Positions 16,492 to 24,589 of a stretch of DNA of 32,000 bases are shown here, piece after piece. The stretch is from Mucisphaera calidilacus (GTDB lineage Bacteria > Planctomycetota > Phycisphaerae > Phycisphaerales > Phycisphaeraceae). The position numbers and the translations under genes are program-made. Numbering within the stretch: the stretch's first letter is position 1; each line of letters begins with the position of its first letter. The stretch covers positions 1-32,000 of the forward strand of contig NZ_CP036280.1 in the NCBI RefSeq assembly GCF_007748075.1, read 5' to 3'. The notes under the pieces are model-generated. The model worked only from the letters and a program-made list of their open reading frames with translations. It was not told the DNA's origin and ran no database searches.

Positions 16492-18282
16492 ATGAACATC
16501 CGTAACTTCTGCATTATCGCCCACATCGATCACGGCAAGTCGACCCTCGCCGACCGCATGCTCATGGGCACCGGGGCGATGGACGACCGCACGCGTCAGG
16601 ACCAGGCGCTGGACTCGATGGACCTGGAGCGTGAGCGGGGGATCACGATCAAGGCGTCGGCGGTGTCGGTGGACCACGTCTACAAGGGCGAGAACTACGA
16701 GCTGAACTTCATCGACACGCCCGGGCACGTCGATTTCCACTACGAGGTGTCGCGGGCGCTGGCGGCCTGCGAGGGGGCGATCCTGGTGATCGACGCGACC
16801 CAGGGCGTCGAGGCGCAGACGGTGGCGAACCTCTACAAGGCGGTGGACGCGGACCTCGAGATCATCCCGGTGGTGAACAAGATCGACCTGCCCTCGGCCC
16901 AGCCCGAGGAGCGGGCGTTGCAGGTCGAGCAGGTGCTGGGGCTGTCGGCGGAGGACTGCATCTTCACCTCGGCGAAGTCGGGTGAGGGCGTGAAGGAGTT
17001 GCTCGACGCGATCTGCGAGCGTTTCCCCGAGCCGCGTGGCGTGGTCGGCGAGCCGCTGCAGGCGCTGATCTTCGACGCCAAGTACGACGACTACCGCGGG
17101 GTGATCATCTACTTCAGGGTCGTGAACGGGACGATGCGCAAGGGCGACCGCATCCGGATGATGAAGATCGGGCGGACGTTTTACGTCACGGAGCTGGGCA
17201 AGTTCCGTCCCGAGATGACGCCGACCCAGGAGCCGTTCGAGGCGGGCGACGTGGGGTACATGGTCGCGGCGATCAAGACGCTTGAGGACGTGCACATCGG
17301 CGACACGATCACGCTCGACACGCGTCCGGCGGAGAAGGCGCTGCCCGGCTACCAGGAGCCGGCGCCGATGGTCTACTGCGATTTCTACGCGACCGGCGAC
17401 ACGCAGTTCGACGACCTGCGCGACGCGATCACCAAGCTGCACGTCAATGACGCCTCGTTCACCTTCGATCCGACGTCGTCGGAGGCGCTGGGATCGGGTT
17501 TCCGCTGCGGGTTCCTGGGCATGCTGCACATGGACATCATCCAGGAGCGTCTGGAGCGCGAGGGCGACGTGAGCCTGGTGCAGACGGCGCCGACGGTGAC
17601 CTACGAGATCGCGATGCGCAGCGGCGAGGTCATCCACATCACCAACCCCGCCGACCTGCCCGACCCGTCGCTGATCAACCAGATCCGCGAGCCGATGGTC
17701 AAGGCGGAGATCATCCTGCCGACCAAGTCGATCGGCGACATCATGAAGCTGTGCGATCAGCGGCGTGGCGTCTACAAGGGCCAGAAGTTCCTGTCCGACG
17801 ACCGGCAGATCCTGGATTACGAGCTGCCACTCGCCGAGATCATTTATGACTTCTTCGACAAGCTCAAGTCGATCACGTCGGGTTACGGCACGATGGACTA
17901 CCAGGTCGACGAGTTCAACGCCGATCAGCTGGTGAAGATGGACATCCTGGTGAACGGGGCGCAGGTCGATGCGTTGTCGGTGATCGTCCATCGGTCGAAG
18001 GCGGAGATCCGCGGCCGTGCGCTGCTCAAGAAGCTCAAGGAGGAGATCGACCGCCACATGTTTGAGATCCCGTTGCAGGCGGTGATCGGCGGGAAGGTGA
18101 TCGCACGCGAGAACATCAAGGCCATGCGCAAGAACGTCACCGCGAAGTGCTATGGTGGCGACGTGACCCGCAAGCGGAAGCTGCTCGAGAAGCAGAAGAA
18201 GGGCAAGGAACGCATGAAGCGCATCGGCACGGTGGACATCCCGCAGGAAGCCTTCATGGCGGTGCTCGACACCGGGGAGTAA
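16492..18282 (+). CDS. lepA: Elongation factor 4 (translational GTPase LepA)
   Basis: MNIRNFCIIAHIDHGKSTLADRML (G1), DTPGHVDF (G3), NKID (G4). LepA-specific C-terminal domain (KCYGGDVTRKRKLLEKQKKGKERMK). The ORF-track start at 16342 is an upstream extension. Confidence 0.95.
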   Translation: MNIRNFCIIAHIDHGKSTLADRMLMGTGAMDDRTRQDQALDSMDLERERGITIKASAVSVDHVYKGENYELNFIDTPGHVDFHYEVSRALAACEGAILVIDATQGVEAQTVANLYKAVDADLEIIPVVNKIDLPSAQPEERALQVEQVLGLSAEDCIFTSAKSGEGVKELLDAICERFPEPRGVVGEPLQALIFDAKYDDYRGVIIYFRVVNGTMRKGDRIRMMKIGRTFYVTELGKFRPEMTPTQEPFEAGDVGYMVAAIKTLEDVHIGDTITLDTRPAEKALPGYQEPAPMVYCDFYATGDTQFDDLRDAITKLHVNDASFTFDPTSSEALGSGFRCGFLGMLHMDIIQERLEREGDVSLVQTAPTVTYEIAMRSGEVIHITNPADLPDPSLINQIREPMVKAEIILPTKSIGDIMKLCDQRRGVYKGQKFLSDDRQILDYELPLAEIIYDFFDKLKSITSGYGTMDYQVDEFNADQLVKMDILVNGAQVDALSVIVHRSKAEIRGRALLKKLKEEIDRHMFEIPLQAVIGGKVIARENIKAMRKNVTAKCYGGDVTRKRKLLEKQKKGKERMKRIGTVDIPQEAFMAVLDTGE

Positions 18283-18288
18283 TCGGCC

Positions 18289-18723
18289 ATGGACCGCGAT
18301 CATTCCTGCGGCGTGATTCCCGTCTTCATCGAGCCCGGCGAGCCGAGGCGTTACCTGCTGGTTCAGCACAACGCGGGGCACTGGGGCTTTCCCAAGGGTC
18401 ATCCCGAGCGGGGCGAGTCGTCGCTGGAGACCGCCATCCGCGAGCTGCACGAGGAGACGGGTCTGACCTCGGACCGGATCATCAGCGACCACCCGTTCAG
18501 CGAGCGGTACGTCTTCCGCAAGGGCTCGGGCCGGGTCGTGGACAAGAGCGTGACGTATTTCATCGGTTTCATGGACACGCTCGACGTGGCCTATCAGGAC
18601 GATGAGCTGCAGGATGCGCAGTGGGGCGATCTCGAGGCGACGCTCGGGCGTATGAGTTTCGAGGAGGGGCGCAAGCTGCTGATGGAGGTCCACGCGTTTC
18701 TGGACCGCGATGCGTCGCGCTAG
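18289..18723 (+). CDS. NUDIX hydrolase (Ap4A-hydrolase-like)
   Basis: Nudix box GHWGFPKGHPERGESSLETAIRELHEETGL. Starts 6 nt after the lepA stop. Confidence 0.9.
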   Translation: MDRDHSCGVIPVFIEPGEPRRYLLVQHNAGHWGFPKGHPERGESSLETAIRELHEETGLTSDRIISDHPFSERYVFRKGSGRVVDKSVTYFIGFMDTLDVAYQDDELQDAQWGDLEATLGRMSFEEGRKLLMEVHAFLDRDASR

Positions 18724-18946
18724 CTGATCCGGCCGGGCTCACCCGTTTCGCCAACGTCGCACAGACGGTTAACCCGCACAGGCCGACCTCCGGGGCCGAA
18801 GGGACGACTTCGCGGTCGTCGGATGGTCATGTTGCGCGTTCGAGGGGTCGATCAACCCTGCAGACGGGCACAGACCGTCAGCCCGACCTGATGAGAACAG
18901 GCACACCCAGCCCGAGCGGCTTGTGCCCCAGCCAGGAGTCTGATTC

Positions 18947-19435
18947 ATGGGAGCCAGCCAGATCAAACGACGTGCCTTCACCCTCGTTGAGATTCTCATC
19001 GTGGTCGTGATTCTCGGCATTCTCGCTGCCGTCGTCATTCCTCAGTTCAGTGACGCAGCGGAGACCGCCAAGGCCAGCAGCCTGGTCTCGCAGCTGCAGA
19101 CGGTTCGGTCGCAGCTCGAGCTTTACATGATCCAGCACAACGGCAACTACCCGTCGCTGGGCAGCAACTGGAACCAGCTGACGCAGACGACCAGTGTTTC
19201 GGGCGCGACCTCGGGTTCGGACTTCGGTCCCTACCTGCAGAAGTCGCCGATCAACCCGTTCGAGAACTCGTCGAGTGTCGATGAGGGCAACAATGCTCTG
19301 GGCACGGCGGCGGCGGGCGTGGGCTGGGTCTACAACCCCGACAACGGGCAGATCAAGGCGGTCGTGAATGCCTCGAAGGCGACCACGCTCTCGCTCTCGA
19401 CCGAGGACGTCGCGACCTACAGCTCGACCGAGTAA
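18947..19435 (+). CDS. Prepilin-type N-terminal cleavage/methylation protein (GspG-like pseudopilin / type IV pilin)
   Basis: AGGAG RBS. Class III signal KRRAFTLVEILIVVVILGILAAVVIPQF (cleavage before F, Glu at +5). GspG-like stretch AKASSLVSQLQTVRSQLELYMIQHNGNYP. Ser/Thr-rich C-terminus. Followed by a strong terminator. Confidence 0.9.
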   Translation: MGASQIKRRAFTLVEILIVVVILGILAAVVIPQFSDAAETAKASSLVSQLQTVRSQLELYMIQHNGNYPSLGSNWNQLTQTTSVSGATSGSDFGPYLQKSPINPFENSSSVDEGNNALGTAAAGVGWVYNPDNGQIKAVVNASKATTLSLSTEDVATYSSTE

Positions 19436-19470
19436 ATCGTCGCCACCGATAACTCGACCCTCTCCGTTAT

Positions 19471-19497
19471 GGCCGCCCCACGTGGGCGGCCGTTTTT
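19471..19497 (+). terminator. Rho-independent terminator after the pilin gene
   Basis: 8-bp GC stem GGCCGCCC (19471-19478) / GGGCGGCC (19484-19491), a 5-nt loop, then G + T5 (19492-19497). Confidence 0.8.
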
Positions 19498-19557
19498 CGT
19501 TGGGGCGTGGGGTTACCCCAAAGTCGCGCCTTGCTCCAGCCGATACCAGCGGAGCAG

Positions 19558-19848
19558 ATGGAGCAGCACCCCCAGGAGGCCGAACCCGTGTCAGCCCGAC
19601 GATCAACGCATCCGTCGTGGTACCTCGTCGCAGGCGTCGTGTCGCTCGGGGTCTGGATGGTGTGGTCGGACTCGGACACGCGTTCCTGGCCGGCGGATGC
19701 TCAGGCACTGCCTAACCCCGCGGAGCAGCGTCTCGAGCTGATCCGTGAGGTGCGTGCGCTGCGCGAGGCCGTGGAGCGGATCGAGCGCGATCTCGGCGGG
19801 TCCGAGAAGACAGATCGATCGGAGGGCGAGCATGCTCGGCTTCGGTAA
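19558..19848 (+). CDS. Hypothetical small single-pass membrane / coiled-coil protein
   Basis: 96-aa ORF from ATG 19558 (alternative GTG 19507). High GC3 like its neighbours. TM segment WYLVAGVVSLGVWMVW. C-terminal heptad-like AEQRLELIREVRALREAVERIERDL. Its 3' end overlaps the pilM start by 17 nt. No recognisable family. Confidence 0.4.
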   Translation: MEQHPQEAEPVSARRSTHPSWYLVAGVVSLGVWMVWSDSDTRSWPADAQALPNPAEQRLELIREVRALREAVERIERDLGGSEKTDRSEGEHARLR

Positions 19849-20869
19849 GAACCGTTACAGCCCGCTCGGGGTTGATTTAGCCAAGGATTGTGTCTGTCTG
19901 AGCCAGCTGCGTCGGGCCGGTGGCCGGGTCGTGCTCAGCGGTTTTGCCAGCTGGGCGTCCGAGGGCGAGGCGGGCTACGCCGGCGTCGCTGAGCAGGTCG
20001 TTCAGTCGCTGAAACGGGACCGCTTCTTGGGCAGGCGTGTGGTGGTTCGCGTGCCCGATCATCTTCTGAACATCAAGAACGTGCGTATCCCGACCCTCCC
20101 GGATGACGAGCTCGAAGAGGCCGTCCGCTGGGAGGCGGGCGAGCGGCTGAACATCAACCCCGACGAGAGCATTATCCGGTTCTACGACGCGGGCGAGGTG
20201 CGGCAGGGGAGCGAGACCCGGCGGGAGATCATTATTCTTGCGGCGCCCGCGCAGCCCCTGAACGAGCTGACCGAGGCCCTCGACGCCAACGGGCTTGAGG
20301 TGCTGGCGCTCGAGGCAGCGCCGACCATGCTCGCGCGTTTTCAGGGCTACATCGAGGAGAGTGTTTACGTCTCGGCGGGTGATGCCGAGGCCCCGCACGT
20401 CATCTTGCACATCGGGGCCGAGCACACCTGGGTGCTGATCGCGGACTGTGGGCGGCTGGTTTTCGTGCGGCAGATGCCGGTCGGTTCTCTCGATCTCGGC
20501 CAGCAGCAGCAGGCTCAGGCCTCGGCCGAGGAGCCGGAGCGGGCGACGTACGACCTCGACGACCCGGAGCCCAGGACGCAGGCCCGGCCGCGTGTTGACG
20601 TGGGTCAGGAGCTGGCGTTGTGTCTTCGGTACCACGGCGTGACGTTCCCCGGGCGTCGCCCCGAGACCGCGTGGCTCTTTGCGCCGGATGAGGTGCTTGC
20701 CGGCGTGGCCGACTCGATCAGCAGCCGCACGCACCTGGCGGTGATCAGTCCGGCGACGATCACGGAGGCGTTGCCCGACCTCAGCGGCGACACCGACGAG
20801 CCGCTGTCGCAGATCGCCCCCTCGCTGGCGCTGGCCATGAACTGGCCGGGCGGGAGGTTGGCGGCATGA
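19832..20869 (+). CDS. pilM: PilM-like actin-fold pilus assembly ATPase-like protein
   Basis: ATG 19832 follows GGAGGG (19821-19826). N-terminus LGVDLAKDCVCLSQL resembles the PilM GxDxG phosphate-1 region. About 345 aa. Directly upstream of PilN/PilO-like genes with a 4-nt overlap. Confidence 0.8.
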   Translation: MLGFGKNRYSPLGVDLAKDCVCLSQLRRAGGRVVLSGFASWASEGEAGYAGVAEQVVQSLKRDRFLGRRVVVRVPDHLLNIKNVRIPTLPDDELEEAVRWEAGERLNINPDESIIRFYDAGEVRQGSETRREIIILAAPAQPLNELTEALDANGLEVLALEAAPTMLARFQGYIEESVYVSAGDAEAPHVILHIGAEHTWVLIADCGRLVFVRQMPVGSLDLGQQQQAQASAEEPERATYDLDDPEPRTQARPRVDVGQELALCLRYHGVTFPGRRPETAWLFAPDEVLAGVADSISSRTHLAVISPATITEALPDLSGDTDEPLSQIAPSLALAMNWPGGRLAA

Positions 20870-21459
20870 GTGATCTGAACTTCCTCCCGTTGTCTTATCG
20901 CAGGGCTCGGCTGCGTCAGCGTGTGCGTCGGATCGAGATCGGCACGGTCATCCTGCTGGCGGCGTTGTTTGCTGCGGGTTGGGGTCAGCTCTGGACGCTG
21001 CGCACCCAGCTCGCCGAGCGTGTCGCCGGGGCCGAGGTGCTCGCCGATCAGGCGTTTCGGCTGCGCGACGAGCTGCTGGGGCTGGAGTCCGAGCGGCTTG
21101 AGCTGCACGAGCAGTCGCGGCTCTACCGGACGCTCGAACCCCGGTTGCGATTCAGCGACGCGCTGCGCATCCTTGCGGGCACCCTCCCGCCGGAGAGCGG
21201 CCTGGCCGATCTGGACGTCCGGCACCGCGACGACGCCTCGCCGCGTCTCGACCTGGGGCTGCGTGTGATCTGCGCCGACGACCGCCAGGTCGCCAGCGCC
21301 GTCGCCTCGCTCGCCCAGCACCCGATCTTCACAGGCATCGAGGTCCAGGCCGTGGTTCCGGTCGAGGAAGCGACGGGCCCGATGCGTGAGGTGAGTCTCG
21401 AAGCGACGATCGACCTGAACCGCCGGTTCACGCTGGTGACGGAAGGAGCCGCGCCGTGA
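20866..21459 (+). CDS. pilN: PilN-like bitopic pilus alignment protein
   Basis: Characteristic N-terminus MSDLNFLP, a basic stretch and a TM segment (IGTVILLAALFAAGW), then a coiled coil. ATGA overlap with pilM. Confidence 0.8.
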   Translation: MSDLNFLPLSYRRARLRQRVRRIEIGTVILLAALFAAGWGQLWTLRTQLAERVAGAEVLADQAFRLRDELLGLESERLELHEQSRLYRTLEPRLRFSDALRILAGTLPPESGLADLDVRHRDDASPRLDLGLRVICADDRQVASAVASLAQHPIFTGIEVQAVVPVEEATGPMREVSLEATIDLNRRFTLVTEGAAP

Positions 21460-22019
21460 GGGTTACGCTCCGCGATACCTGGCGTCTGATGGTCGCCGTC
21501 CCTGCGATGGCGCTGCTGTTTGTCGTGGGTGCCTGGCTGCCGCACAGTGCGAGCACCGGTGATCTTCAGCAGCGGCTTGATGACGCCAACCAGGCACACT
21601 CGTCACTCGATGCGCTGGAGGCTCAGGTCGCCCGCGCCCGCCGTGACATCGACGACCTCGCCGAGGCCTACCGCGACCGCAGCACCGGTCTGGTGCCGGA
21701 CATCGACCCCATGCCCGAGGTGATCGGGCGTATCGCTCGTCTCACCGAGGCGGCGGGTGTTGTCGATCACGAGCTGATGACGCTCGGCCAGGAGGAGGGC
21801 GAGGGCTACCGTGCCCAGCGATTCCGCCTGACGTTCTCGACCGGGTTCGAGGCCGCCTACGAGATCCTCGACGCGATCGAGCACCTGCACTACCTCGTCA
21901 ACGTTCGGTCGATGAACCTCACGCGTGACAGCGAGCAGGAGCGTCTGAGCGTGGCCCTTGAGCTGCTGGCCTACGCCCGCGTCTCCGGCGACGCCTCGGC
22001 CGCAGGAGATACGCCATGA
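21456..22019 (+). CDS. pilO: PilO-like bitopic pilus alignment protein
   Basis: GTG start overlaps the pilN stop (GTGA). TM segment (LMVAVPAMALLFVVGAW), coiled coil, and a ferredoxin-like C-terminus (FEAAYEILDAIEHLHYLVNVRSMNLTR). Confidence 0.7.
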   Translation: MRVTLRDTWRLMVAVPAMALLFVVGAWLPHSASTGDLQQRLDDANQAHSSLDALEAQVARARRDIDDLAEAYRDRSTGLVPDIDPMPEVIGRIARLTEAAGVVDHELMTLGQEEGEGYRAQRFRLTFSTGFEAAYEILDAIEHLHYLVNVRSMNLTRDSEQERLSVALELLAYARVSGDASAAGDTP

Positions 22020-22558
22020 ACAGCTGGTGGGACCAACTCGTCAGCAGTTACAAGGCCCAGCCGACCAAGGTGATCGCGCTGGCCGGCATGAGTGTCTTCG
22101 GGCTGCTGCTGTGGGGGCGACTGCTGCTGACCGACCCGCCACGCGTCGCGACGGCGGACCCCGAGCCGACGGTGAATCAGGCCGAGACTCGGTCTGCGGA
22201 AGACGCACGCCCGTCGGCCGAGTCGACCATCAAGCCCGAGTTGGTGGTCCCGGTGTCCCATAACGCGCCGCGCAACCTCTTCCAGGCCCGAGATGTGGCA
22301 TCAACCGGACCATCCGCATCGACCGGAGAAGAGTCACAGACGGATTCGGACGATAGCCCGAGCAGGACCATGATCCGCGAGCGCGCCCAGCAGCTGAGTC
22401 TGCAGGCCGTCGTGCTCGGCAGCGAGCCGCGTGCCGTGATCAACGGCACGACCGTGCGGCCCGGCCAGGCCATCGACGGATTCAAGCTGCTACGCGTCGG
22501 CAGGCGACACGCGGACCTCGAGATGCATGGCACGACCGTGCGGATCGGCCTGCCCTGA
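22016..22558 (+). CDS. PilP/GspC-like secretin-interacting inner-membrane protein
   Basis: ATGA overlap with pilO. N-terminal TM segment (VIALAGMSVFGLLLWGRLLL), a disordered linker, and a C-terminal beta-domain LSLQAVVLGSEPRAVINGTTVRPGQAIDGFKLLRV. Its position immediately before the secretin fits this role. Confidence 0.5.
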   Translation: MNSWWDQLVSSYKAQPTKVIALAGMSVFGLLLWGRLLLTDPPRVATADPEPTVNQAETRSAEDARPSAESTIKPELVVPVSHNAPRNLFQARDVASTGPSASTGEESQTDSDDSPSRTMIRERAQQLSLQAVVLGSEPRAVINGTTVRPGQAIDGFKLLRVGRRHADLEMHGTTVRIGLP

Positions 22559-22571
22559 GACGGGAGAAGTG

Positions 22572-24584
22572 ATGATCAACGAGCCATCCCAACCCTATCG
22601 CACGCTCCACCGCCTCGGCGGTGTCTGCCTGGCACTCGCCCTTGCTGCCGGCGCATCGGCGCAGGTGGACGCGCCCGGCGATGACGGGATCATCGACCTC
22701 ACCTCCGACAACGCCGCTGCTGACCTCGTGCCCGCGCTGAGCGTCACCGCGCTTGGTGAGATCGACCTGAACGTCCGCGACACCGAGATCGACACCGTGC
22801 TCAACCTCCTGAGCGAGCAGGCCCGCCACAACATCGTGGTCAGCCCGAACGTCCGCGGGACCATCTCGGCGAGTCTCTACGGCGTCACCTTCGACGAGGC
22901 GCTCGACAGCCTGCTTACGCCCAACGGCTTCCGCTACGTGCGCTCGGACAACTTCATCCACGTCTACACCGCCGAGGAGATGCGCGAGATCGAGGCGACG
23001 ACCAACAAGCCCGTCACGCGGATCATCCGGCTCGATTTCATCAGCTCGACCGACGCCCAGACCTTCGCCGAGCCGCTGCTCTCGGAGAACGGCCGTCTCG
23101 CCATCAGCAGCGAGGTGCCCGAGGGTTTTGAGGCGACCATCTCCGATGGCGGCGCGAACACGTACTCCCACGCCGACACGCTGATCGTCCACGACCGCCC
23201 CGAGCACGTCGAGAAGATCGTCGAGCTGCTCGAGGAGCTGGACCGCATGCCCGAGCAGGTCATGATCGAGGTCACGATCCTCCAGGCCAAGCTCAGCGAG
23301 AACAACGCGTTTGGCGTGGACTTCGCGATCCTCAGCGACATCTCGATCTCCGACGCCACCTCCCCGCTGGCCGCCGTCGACGAGTTGATCAGCGGCGACC
23401 TGGCCGCCGACTCGGCCGCGGCCATCACGAGCATCGCGGGCAACACGACCAACGGCGAATCGTCGGTCAAGCTCGGCGTGATCGGGGGCGACGCGGCGGT
23501 CTTCGTCCGTGCGCTCGAGAGCATCACCGACACGACGGTGATCTCGACGCCGAAGGTCGCAGTGCTCAACCGCCAGCGTGCGGTGGTGGATGCGACCGAG
23601 CAGCTGCCCTACATCTCGACGACCGAGAGCGAGATCTCCAGCACCGAGACGATCGAGACGATCGACGTCGGCACGCAGCTCATGGTCCGGCCGTTCATCA
23701 GTTCCGACGGGTACATCCGTCTTGAACTCAACCCCGTGCTCTCCGAAGGCAGCACCGAGCTGAGCCCGCTGGGCGTGATCCTGCCCAACACCTCGCGGCA
23801 GGCGCTTCAGACCAACGTCATGGTCCGCTCCGGGCAGACGGTGGTGCTGGGCGGTCTGTTCAAGGAGGACACCACCAACACGACCAACCAGGTGCCCTAC
23901 TTCGGGCGGATCCCCATATTGGGCAACGCCTTCAAGGGACGCGACGACAGCTCCGAGCGTGTCGAGATCATCTTCCTGATCAAGCCGACGATCGTCCGCG
24001 ACCGCGTGCTCGCGCACGCCGGCGAGGAGGCCCGCCAGGGCATCGAACGCATCCGGCTGGGCTCACGCAGCGGGCTGCTTCCCTTCTCGCGGCTGCGGAT
24101 GCTGCGCTCACACCTGGCCCGCGCCGAGCGATACGCCCGCGAGGGCGACAGTGAGCGCGCTCTCTGGCACACCAACATCGCCTTGTCGCTCGAACCGATC
24201 TCGGCCGAAGCGCTCAACCTCAAGGGCAGCCTGATCGGTCGGCGGCTGCAGGAACGCGAACGCGGCCTGCTCGACGGTCCTGTTCGGCGTGCGCTGCAGT
24301 CGGCGATCGAGACGTTCAATCAGCCGGAGCCGACGCCCGAGCCGGCCGCCACGCCGCCCGCGTCGTCGGAACCCGAAGACCGGGCTTTGCCGCGCGGCAG
24401 CGACCGGATGGTGAGCGGGCAGGCACGCGCCAACCGCAGCCTCTGGCTGACGCCTCAGGAGGATCGGCCCGGTCCGGTTCAGCAGGGTGAGGCGCCGGAC
24501 CAGGACAACTGGGTGAGCGCGATGATCGACGAGATCCTTGGCAGGGCGGACCGCCAGCAGGCCGCCGTGGAGGTCAAGCCTTGA
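22572..24584 (+). CDS. pilQ: Secretin (PilQ/GspD family) with long C-terminal extension
   Basis: ATG 22572 follows GGGAGAAG. Signal peptide LGGVCLALALAAGASAQV. Secretin core TIDVGTQLMVRPFISSDGYIRLELNP...QTNVMVRSGQTVVLGGLFKED...VPYFGRIPILGNAFKG...IIFLIKPTIV. About 195 further residues follow the core. Confidence 0.9.
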   Translation: MINEPSQPYRTLHRLGGVCLALALAAGASAQVDAPGDDGIIDLTSDNAAADLVPALSVTALGEIDLNVRDTEIDTVLNLLSEQARHNIVVSPNVRGTISASLYGVTFDEALDSLLTPNGFRYVRSDNFIHVYTAEEMREIEATTNKPVTRIIRLDFISSTDAQTFAEPLLSENGRLAISSEVPEGFEATISDGGANTYSHADTLIVHDRPEHVEKIVELLEELDRMPEQVMIEVTILQAKLSENNAFGVDFAILSDISISDATSPLAAVDELISGDLAADSAAAITSIAGNTTNGESSVKLGVIGGDAAVFVRALESITDTTVISTPKVAVLNRQRAVVDATEQLPYISTTESEISSTETIETIDVGTQLMVRPFISSDGYIRLELNPVLSEGSTELSPLGVILPNTSRQALQTNVMVRSGQTVVLGGLFKEDTTNTTNQVPYFGRIPILGNAFKGRDDSSERVEIIFLIKPTIVRDRVLAHAGEEARQGIERIRLGSRSGLLPFSRLRMLRSHLARAERYAREGDSERALWHTNIALSLEPISAEALNLKGSLIGRRLQERERGLLDGPVRRALQSAIETFNQPEPTPEPAATPPASSEPEDRALPRGSDRMVSGQARANRSLWLTPQEDRPGPVQQGEAPDQDNWVSAMIDEILGRADRQQAAVEVKP

Positions 24585-24589
24585 AGACG

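Noticed and set aside
18724-18946. Search for a sigma54 (-24 GG / -12 GC) promoter upstream of the pilin gene (for example GGCACACCCAGCC near 18900).
   Set aside because: No TGGCAC-N5-TTGC-like match with correct spacing, and no enhancer-binding protein gene nearby. The promoter type cannot be called from the sequence.
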